33,167 bases of DNA from Opitutus sp. GAS368 (GCA_945861235.1 CAMATV010000001.1:1-33167), one strand, 5' to 3'. Positions 1-10,227 are shown, counted from the first letter of the stretch. The notes: generated from the sequence alone by a model not told the origin. Translations and numbers: made by a program.

Positions 1-425
1 GCGGCGATGACCTCGGCGACGTAGCGCTCTACCTCGTCGTCCTTGAGCTCGAGCCAGAACGGCAGAGCCAATTGCAACGCATCGGCCCCGGCGCGCTTGG
101 CCACGCGGATGCGGCGGATGGTCGTGCGGGTGCTGAGCGCCGTGGCGCCAATCTGCACGGGCAGGCCGGCCCGGTGGGCCTCCGCGCAGGCGATCTCGGT
201 GATTTTCTCAAAAGTAGCGTCGTCCTGCGCGTAGAATTCGCCGGTCGTGCCGCCAGTGTAAACCCCGCTCACACCGGTGCCGCCGTAGCTGGACACCTCC
301 CGGGCGAAGCGGCGGGCATCGAGTTCATCCCGATCGGTCCAGGGGACGATCAGGGCGGACCAGACGCCCTTCAGGGTCTGGCGGGTCAGCGGCGTAATCT
401 TGGCGGATTTTTTGGGGGAGCTCAT
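1..425 (-). CDS. Dihydrodipicolinate synthase (DapA/NAL) family aldolase, 3' part outside window
   Basis: Manual translation from ATG at 425 (not in ORF track because it runs off the edge): MSSPKKSAKITPLTRQTLKGVWSALIVPW...GVYTGGTTGEFYAQ...GADALQLALPFW. GTTGE motif and GV..ALIVPW N-terminus are typical of the family. Confidence 0.85.
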   Translation of the reverse strand, partial: MSSPKKSAKITPLTRQTLKGVWSALIVPWTDRDELDARRFAREVSSYGGTGVSGVYTGGTTGEFYAQDDATFEKITEIACAEAHRAGLPVQIGATALSTRTTIRRIRVAKRAGADALQLALPFWLELKDDEVERYVAEVIA

Positions 426-468
426 GATGGTGGGAAGCCGGGTTGGGTGGCGGGCAAGGGCAAGGTGG

Positions 469-1299
469 TTAGGCTGTCGCGAAGCCGGCGGAAGGCAGGC
501 GGTCGAGGTGGAAGAACTTCACGGCGTTCTCGCGCAGGATGAGGCGCTTGGCCGCGTCCGTTAGTTCCGCCGTATCGATGCGCGTACGATGCATCGCCAC
601 GTCATAAAGCGGGCTGTCGCTGCCGAAGAGCACGCGTTCTGCGCCGAGTTCCCGGACACCCCACTCGATCAGGCCGGGTAGGATGCTGCGCGCGCTCGAG
701 GTGTCCACCCAGAGGTTGCCATGCTTCGCGGCTTGCGCGGCCCGCACCTGCAGGTCGACGCGGCCGTTGGCCCCGGAGCCGTTGCCCAGGTGCGCCAGCA
801 ACACGCGCGCACCGGGATGCCGATTGGCAAAAGGCACAAAGTCCTCCGGCAGGCTGTTGGGGCAACCACTGTGGGTCATGACCGGGGCACCGAGTTCCTC
901 GAAAAAAGAGAAGAGCTCCTCGCCGTGGTCCGCGATTCGGTAGGCGTGCTCCTCAGGATGGATCTTGATGCCGACACACCACAGGGACTTCAGCATCGTC
1001 CTCGCCTGATTATAGGTTTTCGGCTGCAGGGGATTCACGATCACATACTGCAGCAAACCGGGCACCGTCGGCACCTCGCGGAACGCCGCGTCGTTGGCCG
1101 GCGCCACGTCAACCGTCCGCCCGCGCGGCAGCAGCCCCGCCAGCGGCGACGCGATGGTCCATTGAATGCCGCAGGCCTTGGCCCGTCGGGTGACCAGCGC
1201 ACCCTCGCCGCTGGAGAATTCTGAGATCAACGGATCCGTATGCACGTAACGCCCGAAGTGGGCGTGGCTGTCGATGGCAAGAATATCGCTGGTGGTCAT
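469..1299 (-). CDS. Amidohydrolase_2 family metal-dependent hydrolase
   Basis: IDSHAH, GIKIHP, LAHLG and VLFGSDSP motifs. Start moved from 1422 to the ATG at 1299 (MTTSDILAIDSHAH). Confidence 0.85.
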   Translation of the reverse strand: MTTSDILAIDSHAHFGRYVHTDPLISEFSSGEGALVTRRAKACGIQWTIASPLAGLLPRGRTVDVAPANDAAFREVPTVPGLLQYVIVNPLQPKTYNQARTMLKSLWCVGIKIHPEEHAYRIADHGEELFSFFEELGAPVMTHSGCPNSLPEDFVPFANRHPGARVLLAHLGNGSGANGRVDLQVRAAQAAKHGNLWVDTSSARSILPGLIEWGVRELGAERVLFGSDSPLYDVAMHRTRIDTAELTDAAKRLILRENAVKFFHLDRLPSAGFATA

Positions 1300-1369
1300 G
1301 CTGAACGGCTCGGAGTTAAACGGAAATAGCGTCGAGTGAAGCAGCGGGTAAAAAAGGTCTCGGGAGCGC

Positions 1370-1454
1370 CAATTAATTTGTTTACTCGCGTATACATCTG
1401 TATTAAATTTTAATCCGGTCAAGCGCGACTTCGCTTATGTGCTTCGCTTATGTG
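1370..1454. promoter_or_regulatory. AT-rich divergent promoter region with a 13-bp tandem duplication
   Basis: AT-rich tract 1371-1413 between divergent genes. CTTCGCTTATGTG is repeated at 1429-1441 and 1442-1454. Confidence 0.45.
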
Positions 1455-1491
1455 ACACAAGTCTTCCGCGGCCCGCTCGAACATTCCTGTC

Positions 1492-2613
1492 ATGGTCATC
1501 GACAGCCACATTTACTGCTTCACCGCGCCGGATACACCGGCGGGACACGCTTCCGGAGCGGAACATCTGGCGCACTGGCAGCGCCAATATGCCCAGCACC
1601 ACCAGCCGGCATTCCGCGTCCGGGACCGGGCACCGGGCGATGCCCACCGTTTGCTCGACCCCGCGCCCGGCGATCTTCTTCGGCTGGCGCGCGACTGCCA
1701 TTTCCGGGTCGACCGCACCTGCAACCGCCTGGTCTGGACGATCGACGGCGAGGATTACACGAAACAGCAGCTGCCGCCCAACGTGATTGAATTCAGCGCC
1801 GGCGCGATGGTCGCCGAGATGGACCACGCCGGGGTTGATGTCGGCCTGATCCAGGCCGATGCCACCCTGACCAAGGACGTCGCTTACCTCGCCCGGTGTG
1901 TCGCGGCTTTTCCGGACCGGTTGCGCGCGATGGCTCCCGTGGACGAGGCGCTGATCCCCGGGCAAACGGACCGGGCAATCGCCCAGACGGTGGCCGCAAT
2001 CCGGGAGCACCGGTTGCACGCGCTGAAGATCATACCCGCCTACGCCTACCAGCAGACCAGCTCGCAGAGTTTTCTCGATCCCGCGTGGCGGCCGTTCTGG
2101 GAGGTGGTGGTGGCCCTGGATGTGCCGGTGTTTTTCACGCTCGGTTCGCGACCGGGGGCCGCGGACCCGCGCCAAGGTTTCATCGACGAGGTATGGGAAT
2201 TGCGCCGGTTGATGGACCGCCACCCCACCCTTCGGGCCAGCGTGACGCACGGCTACCCGTGGCGCGCATTTCTCAACGGCGAACGGCTGTCCGTGCCGGC
2301 GAGCGCCTGGGCCCCGTTCCGGGACACGAGCCTGATGCTCGAAGTGGGCTTCCCGTTCCGCCTCGGCGACGTGTTTGAATATCCCTATGCCGAATGCCGT
2401 CCCGTCCTAGAGGCCATGGTCGGCCAGATCGGCCCCGACCGTTTGCTCTGGGGATCCGACATGCCGTTTCAAAACCGCTTCTGCACCTACAGGCAGTCCC
2501 GCGACTACCTCGAGAAATACAGCGCCTCGTTCCTCTCCGCGCCGAACCTCGCGAAGATCGTGGGTGGCAATGCGGCGCGCCTTCTCCGGTTGGACCCCGG
2601 CATCCCGGCCTGA
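1492..2613 (+). CDS. Amidohydrolase_2 family protein
   Basis: MVIDSHIY N-terminus, THGYP, LLWGSDMPF and KIVGGNAARLL C-terminal motif. Confidence 0.85.
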   Translation: MVIDSHIYCFTAPDTPAGHASGAEHLAHWQRQYAQHHQPAFRVRDRAPGDAHRLLDPAPGDLLRLARDCHFRVDRTCNRLVWTIDGEDYTKQQLPPNVIEFSAGAMVAEMDHAGVDVGLIQADATLTKDVAYLARCVAAFPDRLRAMAPVDEALIPGQTDRAIAQTVAAIREHRLHALKIIPAYAYQQTSSQSFLDPAWRPFWEVVVALDVPVFFTLGSRPGAADPRQGFIDEVWELRRLMDRHPTLRASVTHGYPWRAFLNGERLSVPASAWAPFRDTSLMLEVGFPFRLGDVFEYPYAECRPVLEAMVGQIGPDRLLWGSDMPFQNRFCTYRQSRDYLEKYSASFLSAPNLAKIVGGNAARLLRLDPGIPA

Positions 2614-2642
2614 TTCCCTCCCGGCTGCTGCCCACGATCCTC

Positions 2643-2948
2643 ATGCCCGCTCCCACCGCCCGCCGCACCTTCCTGAAAGCCACGCTCGCCACCGGCCTCT
2701 GCGGCCTCGTGCGCGCCCCTGCCCCGGCAGCTTCTAGCGCCGGCGTGCCGGGCGGCGACTGGGTCGAGGCCGTGCGGGCCGAACTGCCAGGCATGAAACA
2801 CAGCCGCGGCTACTTCCAGACCCGGGCCTTCGGCCTGTCACCCCAGCGGGTGATGGACCGCACCAAGGAACTCATAACTCGTCCTCGCCACCTCATGTGT
2901 GTCTCTCGCACTAAATGCTACCAAAAATCCAACGATACATCCCCTTAA
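2643..2948 (+). pseudogene. Truncated Tat-exported class-V aminotransferase-like gene (N-terminus only)
   Basis: MPAPTARRTFLKATL Tat signal, then DWVEAVRAELP...GYFQTRAFGLSPQRVMD, resembling the W..VR..F...YLN.G..G.SP..V start of class-V PLP enzymes. Sequence becomes AT-richer and non-coding-like after about 2878. Confidence 0.6.
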
Positions 2949-3028
2949 CTTAGCGCCATTCCGGCCAGATCCCTGCATGGAGGCTTTTTTATGACCCTAT
3001 TCATTTCTTTCGCTGCGATCGGTTTCCC

Positions 3029-4639
3029 TTATTGAAACTGAAACGCAAATAACTTGGCCGCACGCATCTTGATGCGCAGTCGCACCCCCTGTCCAGCGAG
3101 AGCCGAAACATCAGATTTGCCGCCATTCCATGAGACCAGCATCCGCACACTGTTGCCGTTTATTTCGTCCGCTTCGGCCAAGGTGAAGCCGCGGATGGGT
3201 TCACCCGACTCGCGGAGCAACTCTACCTTCGCCACGCCGCCCGCACCGGTGTTCAGGTTCAGTTCCAGCCGCGACCCGGCGAAGACAAACGGGGGAGTAA
3301 TCAGCACGCCACCCTCGTAATCAGCTTCCGCCGCGACGAAACCGTCCAGCCGCAGCACGGCGCGCGATAGCGAGGTTTCTTTTCGTGCTGCCTTTGCGTC
3401 CAAGCGCCCCGCGTGGTCACAATTAGTCCCTGTGTAGTAGATCCACAACTCATCGCCCATGCGCACTGGCCGCAGCGTTGGGTAGAGCCATTTAGAATCC
3501 CAAGCACCATCCATTCCGGTCGTTAAAAACGCCCGCCGCGGACCTGGCCGCGTGAAGTGACGCGCATCACGGCTTACCGCAAGTTGAATGTCGCCGGTGC
3601 TGGGAAACGTATCCACTCCCGATCCACGCCAGTGATGAAACACGGGGATTAAGGCGAGGTAGATGCCTTCATAGGGAAACACGCCGGGCCCATAAAAATC
3701 GAGCGGCGCCGCCGGCGTCAGTACCTGGTCCTCGCCCACCACCCCAGCGGTTCTCAATTCGCGCAACGGCATCACGTCCTCGCCGCGCACCGTTAATTTT
3801 GTGGGATCCAGGACCATAGCCGGGGCTGCAGCGGCGTCTCGTTCATCAGGTTCCAAGGAGAAGTGCATAGCGGTCCAATTCAGCATATCGTCAGACTCGT
3901 TGTAGCTAGCCAGACGCACCCCAAAGCCCTTCTTCTCACGCAACCACTCCCGCGAGTATCCCACGTAACGAAGGACACGCGGATCCCAGAACCACGACGG
4001 CTGCGTGTCCGACGCGCGGAGTCCCGTTACGGCGCGCTCCTCGTGTGTCCAATGCAAACCATCAGGCGACTTCCATAGGCGATGCGGCCCGCGGATCGGG
4101 CTCCCCGGCTTGTGGTACATCTTGCTCCAACTCTTGTAACGCGCGTCCGGCGCAGCGTTAGGATTGTCGTCGCGCCAGACGGAGCCACCGCCGATCGAGA
4201 GCCAATCCGGCCGAGGGGGCAGCACCAGATTGTTTTCCTTGGTCCCGTTACGTTCCACCAAGCCAAGCGGCTTTTTCTGAAAGTGAATGCCATCAGTGGA
4301 TTCAGCGTACGCTAAGCCCATAAAGGGCGGGTTCTGGCCCGGCTCGGGGGTGCCCGCCCTGACATCATACCACAGTCGGATCTTTTCACCTTCTTGTACC
4401 ACAGTGGAGTAGCTACCGAGGTGAGCGTCCCGCTCCCACGGCGCGTCCATAGCTAGAAGCTTCTCACGCGGCTGCATGGGCGGCTGCATAGTCAAGGTGA
4501 TGCCTTCAGCGGACTCGATAAACTTGTGGTCTATGAACAGCTGTTTGCGCTTGCCGATTTCCATCACGCCATCGGCTGCGTACGCAGAAAATTCTGAGCA
4601 GAGCCCCAGCCCTAGCAGGCAAAGAGATAATTTGTTCAT
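3029..4639 (-). CDS. Secreted five-bladed beta-propeller glycosidase-like protein (GH32/GH43-like, uncharacterised)
   Basis: Signal peptide from ATG 4639. KQLFIDH, YAESTDGIHF.K, S.DG..W repeats, DELWIYY.G, LRLDGF and a C-terminal beta-sandwich ending KLFAFQF. Confidence 0.7.
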   Translation of the reverse strand: MNKLSLCLLGLGLCSEFSAYAADGVMEIGKRKQLFIDHKFIESAEGITLTMQPPMQPREKLLAMDAPWERDAHLGSYSTVVQEGEKIRLWYDVRAGTPEPGQNPPFMGLAYAESTDGIHFQKKPLGLVERNGTKENNLVLPPRPDWLSIGGGSVWRDDNPNAAPDARYKSWSKMYHKPGSPIRGPHRLWKSPDGLHWTHEERAVTGLRASDTQPSWFWDPRVLRYVGYSREWLREKKGFGVRLASYNESDDMLNWTAMHFSLEPDERDAAAAPAMVLDPTKLTVRGEDVMPLRELRTAGVVGEDQVLTPAAPLDFYGPGVFPYEGIYLALIPVFHHWRGSGVDTFPSTGDIQLAVSRDARHFTRPGPRRAFLTTGMDGAWDSKWLYPTLRPVRMGDELWIYYTGTNCDHAGRLDAKAARKETSLSRAVLRLDGFVAAEADYEGGVLITPPFVFAGSRLELNLNTGAGGVAKVELLRESGEPIRGFTLAEADEINGNSVRMLVSWNGGKSDVSALAGQGVRLRIKMRAAKLFAFQFQ

Positions 4640-4762
4640 TAAAATCTTGATGGAAATCATGGTCATCTTTCGACGGCGATCCAACAGCCGCACGGTCTTA
4701 TTTGGGGAAATGAGTGTTGAAAGTCGGTTAAACTAGCGATCTCAGCCCGACGAAAATGGTTT

Positions 4763-6247
4763 TTATAGCCCGATCTGAAACGAGTATAAACCGGCCTTCT
4801 TCATATAAAATCTTAAGTAGACGGCCTTGCCCTTCAGCGCGCTCAAATCGGATTTACCCTTCCAGGTCACAGTGTGCGCTGTGTTGTCTGTCTTTATTCG
4901 GTCGCAGTCTTCCAGCGTAAAGCCCGGGACGGCTTTTTCCGTCATTGTCTCTTTCGTTTGGTAGTCTGGCGCTTCAATGATGGCGACGCGGATCCCGTCC
5001 GTCTCCTTTTGATATGGCGCCGGCTGTGAGCTCACATTCAAAACCAGCTTGCTGCCTTCCAGGATGAACTGCCGCGTCAGCAGGTAACCCGTCTGTTCGC
5101 CCGCCCATTGCCCAACGAAGCGATCCCGCCGCATGCGAGCTACGCCCACCGAGGTCTCCTTGTACAATTCCTGCTGGCCCGCGGGCGACGCATAGTAGTA
5201 AAGCAGTGACTCATCTCCAATCTCGACCGGCGTCGCCGTGCCCATCGCCACCTGTCCCCCGTCAAAACTCCCCGGCGCCCCGCGCGGAATGAACGGTTGC
5301 CGGTCCCAAGTGCGTTCCCAGTGGATGCCGTCCCGGCTAGTGGCGAGGTAGACCTGAGTCTCGCTAGAACCTTTCTCCTGTGTCATCTGGGTGTACAGGG
5401 CAAAGAAGACGCCGTGACGGCGAAATACCAGCGCACTATCGTAGTCCGGTTCGTCGCGCTCATCCGGGTAGAGGATGGTTCGTGGAGCGCTCCATGTGCT
5501 GAGGTCGGGACTGGTGCTCAGCGCCAGACGCCGTGCAGTGTGACGGCGTCCTTCGGGCAACTCGTTGACGCCGTTTGGGCGAATCGACGGGCGCACGTAC
5601 AGATGCCAGAGATTCAACTCTGGCACGCGGACCAGATGGTTGGGAAAGTCGCTGTGGTAAGAGAGCAGGGGCTCCTTAAGTATATCCCAGCGCAATCCGT
5701 CGGCCGAGTAGGCTAGGCGCACGCCGCTGCCCAAGAACAGCATCACAAAGCGGCGCGTGGGGTCCGACTGGTCTGGATTTATAAAAACCTGCCCTGCATT
5801 GGCGCGCTTGCCGCCCGGCCCCGTGTTGATGATGTTAGTGCGCTCGTATCCTCCGGAGGGAAATCCTTCCAGTGCCGGCTTGGTCCAGTTGAAGCCATCG
5901 TCGCTTTCTGCATAGCCGATGGTATACGACGGCCCCTGACGAGAGAAGTAGTTGGTCAGGTAAAAATTGTCGTAGTACATGCGGAACTTGCGTAACTGAT
6001 CGTCATAAACGACGCATGGGAAGCCGACGGCTCCCTCCCAAGGCTTGTCCTGTACCACGACTGGATTTCGAGCGTGCTTGATAACATTGCCCAACTTTCT
6101 GGTGAGTTTCCATCGGTCCTCGATGACGTAGTCGTCCACCAGCAGTTGAACTTGATTGCCGATTCGCAGCGGTTCGCCACGGAAATACACGGGAGTCTGC
6201 GCCATGATGCAGACCGGAAGTAAGAGGATCCAAAGAAATTTATGCAT
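4763..6247 (-). CDS. Secreted five-bladed beta-propeller glycosidase-like protein, paralogue of 3029-4639
   Basis: Signal peptide, QLLVDDY, YAESDDGFNWTKP, SRDGIHWER, MRRDRF and GLYSFQI: same architecture as the neighbouring gene. Confidence 0.7.
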   Translation of the reverse strand: MHKFLWILLLPVCIMAQTPVYFRGEPLRIGNQVQLLVDDYVIEDRWKLTRKLGNVIKHARNPVVVQDKPWEGAVGFPCVVYDDQLRKFRMYYDNFYLTNYFSRQGPSYTIGYAESDDGFNWTKPALEGFPSGGYERTNIINTGPGGKRANAGQVFINPDQSDPTRRFVMLFLGSGVRLAYSADGLRWDILKEPLLSYHSDFPNHLVRVPELNLWHLYVRPSIRPNGVNELPEGRRHTARRLALSTSPDLSTWSAPRTILYPDERDEPDYDSALVFRRHGVFFALYTQMTQEKGSSETQVYLATSRDGIHWERTWDRQPFIPRGAPGSFDGGQVAMGTATPVEIGDESLLYYYASPAGQQELYKETSVGVARMRRDRFVGQWAGEQTGYLLTRQFILEGSKLVLNVSSQPAPYQKETDGIRVAIIEAPDYQTKETMTEKAVPGFTLEDCDRIKTDNTAHTVTWKGKSDLSALKGKAVYLRFYMKKAGLYSFQIGL

Positions 6248-6321
6248 GCGGTTATTGAGTCGATACTGGATCAGGATGGGGTAGCGACTTGGGCTGCGAT
6301 AACTTAGTTTCTGCGAGCGTT

Positions 6322-6369
6322 ACTGAAAGGGGACTGGATTTTCAAGGGGGGCGAGTCCGGGAGGGGTTT
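6322..6369 (+). repeat. Core repeat copy 1 (diverged)
   Basis: ACTGAAAGGGGACTGGATTTTCAAGGGGGGCGAGTCCGGGAGGGGTTT. Confidence 0.8.
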
Positions 6370-6424
6370 GTAAAGAGGCGCCCTGTGACAGACACGATTT
6401 TACCCACAAGCGACTGCCCTATCT

Positions 6425-9400
6425 TCAGAACTCTCCCTTGATCCCCACGGTCAGCGATATGCCAGAATCAATCATCCGGTCCAACCTGGCATGGCTGGGC
6501 GTGTTCTTGCTCCGATCGTAGATCAGGACCCTATCCTTATACCCGCCGGCGAGCAGATCGCTGATCTGCCCATAGATAGATAGCTTTTTTGTAACCTGAT
6601 ACTCGCCGGAGATGGTGTCGCGGTCAATAGCACCCTGATAGGTGGATCTCCCGACATCTGCCGTAGCCGTGCGCCGTGTCTCGCCCTGCTGGGCCATAGT
6701 AAATTTCAGGATGTACCGCGGCCGGACAAGGCTTACCCCCCAGCTCATCATCTTCGGGTTGAATTGGGCGAAGTCAGAGGTGGTAGATCCGCTCAACGAG
6801 TTCTTCGTGTAGTTGAAAAACACCTGCACTCCGCTTGCCCAGGAGTGAAGGAAGGCGAGGTCCTGCTTGTAGGAGAATTCGAATCCCTTGACTCTCGCAT
6901 CTCCGCCATTGCCCCGGGTCACGATGTCATAGTTCAGATACGATTCGCCGGACGGCACCCCGTAAAGGGACAGCAGCTCCTGAGTGGCTGCCGTGCGGAC
7001 CACGGTGAAAAAGTCCTTAATGTCTTTCTGGAACACGGAAACGGTGCCGAAGCCTCCCTTGAGGAAATACGATTCCAGTGAAAGATCGTAGTTGTTGGCC
7101 GTCCATGGCTTCAACCCGGTGTTGACCACCGTGACGGTCCCTTGCGACGTGGCGCCTGCATCGGAGATCGTAATGCCAGGAATGACCAATCCCAGGTCGG
7201 GCCGACCGATGGTGCTGGCAAAACCGAATCGCGCCAGCAGCCGCTCAGAGATCTCGTACGTGGCATTCAGGCTCGGGAAGAGGCCATCGTAGCTGCGCTC
7301 TGTCCGAGCTTCCCGCTCCCTGAGGACCAGCTTTTCCGCCTGCAATGGATTTGTGGTAATCGGCACGGGTTTGCCCGTCCCGTCTAGGACCAGCTTGCCG
7401 GACCCGTCCCGTACGTATTTCGCGTTGGGATCATTCAGCGGCCCCATGCCATCGTCTGCCGTCTTTTCGAACCGCACGCCGCCGACCAGGAATAGCCGGT
7501 TTCCCAGCAACTTCACATCGCCCCGAAAATATCCGGCGGTAATTGTTTCTGTCAGTTCCTTGGAATTGTTCACCCTAGTCCGGTACGTCGTCAGGTCATT
7601 GAGCACGAAATAGCCCGGCGAGGTCATGAAAAGATCATAGACCTTGAGCGGGCTGACCCACAGCACGGGTCTGCCGCCGTTCAGTATCCCTTGGTCCAGA
7701 TGAAGAGCAGTATCCACTAGAGCATTGTTGCCGGCCAATCGATCGGCTGCTGTCCCCGTGGGCCGGAAGGCGAACGTCCTATCGTTTCTAGCACCGTCAA
7801 ACTCATCGACCAAAATTGAAGCCCCAAATTTTATAGAGAGTGGAACTCTCGCGGAGAAACTGCGCTCGAGGCCAACTCTGGCCTCGCTTCTCGATACCTC
7901 GGTCTGTTGGCTTGCTGTGGATGCACTGGTGATGGTGTAAATGTTGCCATTGTTGCCATCTACAAGTTTTCCGGCCCGGTCTGTGGTCGTAAAGGCGGAA
8001 GGAACAAGATCGTATATTTCATTACCGTATCCGATACCAGAGCCTTTGATAATGAGATCTGAAATTGAGGCGCCCAAACCAGAGAAATACGGAAAACCTT
8101 CACTTCCGAAACTGGTTCTTGAGCGAGAGTTGCTCAGTTGGCCGGCTATCTTCCATAGATCGCCGCGATGACTGTACTTAAATACCCCATGCTTAGTTTC
8201 TATATTAAATTGGTTCCAGCCGAAAGTTTGCGAAAGCGAACCCACCCCAGTGCTGGCGCCCTGGGTGGAGGTTCGATCACCCGTGGCCCCGGCACCATAG
8301 TTGGTGTTGAGCGTGGACACCCCATCCGCGCTGCCCCTCCTGCGATATGATAGGCTGGCGCTGAATTCATTCCTGTCGTCCGGCTTCCATTCCACGCCCA
8401 CCCGTCCGTCCCTTGTTGCTTGCACCCCGGGGGAAGTCCGCACCCCATTCGAGGTTTGAATCAGGAGGTTCTCGTCCCATCGTGGGTAAGCTACGGTGTT
8501 GTCACTATAATTCAGAATGTTCGCCGCGGAGAGCGAGATTGCCAGCTTTTTGCCGATGGGGTGCATGTAAGCCACATCAAATGACGGCATAATCCGCCTG
8601 ATGGTAGAAACGTGCGACGAGGGAGTTCCCACATCGACCTCCTGCAGGGTCAACGGAAGATCGGTCCGAAGCAAACTATACACCGTGTAGGTAAAGAGTG
8701 GCCGCGTCCTTTCAAACCCGCTCTTGGTGATGATATTGATGCTGCTGCCCATACCGCTGGCCGGTAGGTCGGGCGTAGGCACCTTGTTCACCTCGACCCG
8801 CGAGACATTGGACATGGGGAGTGCAGCGGCCCTCGCTACCCTGCCAGGGCCAGTCAGGCCGGATGATACCAATGGAGCGCCATCCATCAACAATTCTGTC
8901 GTGTACGCCGGCATTCCCCTGACGGCGATACTGGAGGCCACGTTGCCAGAATAGACGATCGACATGCCCGGGATGAACTTTAGCAAATCCCCCACGTTGC
9001 CCTGACCGTTGTAATTGTACTCATCGAGGGCCACGACGTTCTTGATGTTTGCAGCGTTGCGCTGCTCATTCAGGGCGAGCGTCTGCGCGTTCATCTCGCG
9101 ACTCTCGATGACCGTCATCTCGCTCATGACTACGGGATCTCCCGCTCTGGCGAGTTCGAAATCACGCGTGGTGGTTTCCCCCGGTCTTACAATTGCAACC
9201 TCGATTTTCGCTTCCAGTCCGACATACGCCGCCCGAATCCGCACTTCACCGGCGGGCGCACCCGGCAGCCGGTAAGCGCCATTCACGTCGGTCGTGGTCA
9301 CTAGGGTGGAGCCAAGGATGGTGATGCGAGCGTTGCTAAGGTAGGACCCGGTGACCGAATTCAGGACTCGGCCTTCGATGGTTGAGCTAGTTTGGGCATC

Positions 9401-9910
9401 GACCGCAGTGGCTACGGCGAGCAAGCCGGTAAGAAAAGTGAGAAGAGTACGTGTTTTCACAGGAGGAGATTCGTTGTGTTTAGGTTGATTGGTTTTGGGT
9501 GTGTCGGGCGGCGGGGCGGGTGGGTTAGCCACCGGCGGGCCGCGTGATCGCTCCGACTCTTCCTGCTCCTTCTGCGCAGGTGCGGTCCGTTTTCGACTGA
9601 CGACAAGGGCACCCGTGGACTCGTCCTGGACGGCGAACAGAGCCGTGCCGGAGAGCATCACGCGGAGGGCATCGAGCGCCGCATACTCGCCGCGGACCGG
9701 CTGCGTCTTCTCGTCTCGGACATTTTCAACCAAGTAGACAATCTGGCAGCCGGAGTTACGGGCAAACTGCGTCAGCGTCGCGGCGGCATCACCACCCGGC
9801 ACATTGTAACTCTTCGTGGCCGCCGTGGCACCGGAGGTCGCCGACACGCCGATCGCGCAGCAAAATGCGGCTGCGAAAACCGGAGAGGCGGGGTAGATTT
9901 TTTGTGCCAT
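6425..9910 (-). CDS. TonB-dependent receptor/transducer with N-terminal signalling (STN-like) domain (TBDR1)
   Basis: STN-like segment KSYNVPGGDAAATLTQFARNSG..., carboxypeptidase-regulatory-like domain, plug (EVNKVPTPD...INIITKS), barrel and C-terminal GIKGEF. Lies downstream of FecR. Start uncertain (9910-9991). Confidence 0.9.
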   Translation of the reverse strand: MAQKIYPASPVFAAAFCCAIGVSATSGATAATKSYNVPGGDAAATLTQFARNSGCQIVYLVENVRDEKTQPVRGEYAALDALRVMLSGTALFAVQDESTGALVVSRKRTAPAQKEQEESERSRGPPVANPPAPPPDTPKTNQPKHNESPPVKTRTLLTFLTGLLAVATAVDAQTSSTIEGRVLNSVTGSYLSNARITILGSTLVTTTDVNGAYRLPGAPAGEVRIRAAYVGLEAKIEVAIVRPGETTTRDFELARAGDPVVMSEMTVIESREMNAQTLALNEQRNAANIKNVVALDEYNYNGQGNVGDLLKFIPGMSIVYSGNVASSIAVRGMPAYTTELLMDGAPLVSSGLTGPGRVARAAALPMSNVSRVEVNKVPTPDLPASGMGSSINIITKSGFERTRPLFTYTVYSLLRTDLPLTLQEVDVGTPSSHVSTIRRIMPSFDVAYMHPIGKKLAISLSAANILNYSDNTVAYPRWDENLLIQTSNGVRTSPGVQATRDGRVGVEWKPDDRNEFSASLSYRRRGSADGVSTLNTNYGAGATGDRTSTQGASTGVGSLSQTFGWNQFNIETKHGVFKYSHRGDLWKIAGQLSNSRSRTSFGSEGFPYFSGLGASISDLIIKGSGIGYGNEIYDLVPSAFTTTDRAGKLVDGNNGNIYTITSASTASQQTEVSRSEARVGLERSFSARVPLSIKFGASILVDEFDGARNDRTFAFRPTGTAADRLAGNNALVDTALHLDQGILNGGRPVLWVSPLKVYDLFMTSPGYFVLNDLTTYRTRVNNSKELTETITAGYFRGDVKLLGNRLFLVGGVRFEKTADDGMGPLNDPNAKYVRDGSGKLVLDGTGKPVPITTNPLQAEKLVLREREARTERSYDGLFPSLNATYEISERLLARFGFASTIGRPDLGLVIPGITISDAGATSQGTVTVVNTGLKPWTANNYDLSLESYFLKGGFGTVSVFQKDIKDFFTVVRTAATQELLSLYGVPSGESYLNYDIVTRGNGGDARVKGFEFSYKQDLAFLHSWASGVQVFFNYTKNSLSGSTTSDFAQFNPKMMSWGVSLVRPRYILKFTMAQQGETRRTATADVGRSTYQGAIDRDTISGEYQVTKKLSIYGQISDLLAGGYKDRVLIYDRSKNTPSHARLDRMIDSGISLTVGIKGEF

Positions 9911-10068
9911 GCGCAGGAGGTGCTTCACTCCTGAGACGCCGTATTCAAAAAAATGGGTAACAAACATCTTCACGAATCGGAGCGTTCCCAAGGATTAAAG
10001 GCGCCGCGAGAGGGCAACCGCCCTCGCGGAGTGGCTTGATTCCATTCTCCGATCATCGGGCCCACGGC

Positions 10069-10113
10069 ACCCACGGAACAGTCGGAAGGCCAGATTCCAA
10101 GTGTTCCGTGGGT
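10069..10113. repeat. Intergenic inverted repeat (REP-like hairpin)
   Basis: ACCCACGGAACA (10069-10080) / TGTTCCGTGGGT (10102-10113), perfect 12-bp stem. Confidence 0.6.
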
Positions 10114-10227
10114 AGCCCTGCTTTGGCCTTTGGTGGCGGCTGCGCCTCTACGGGTAGTTCGTGGGGGTTCCTCATCCATCGGTGGGACTGCGGTGGGGCG
10201 GCGTAGGCGCGCTGTAGAGTTTCCGGC

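Noticed and set aside
2920..2975. AAAATCCA / CCGGCCAGATCCC as an inverted copy of the core repeat
   Set aside because: Matches are too short and in the wrong order to support homology.
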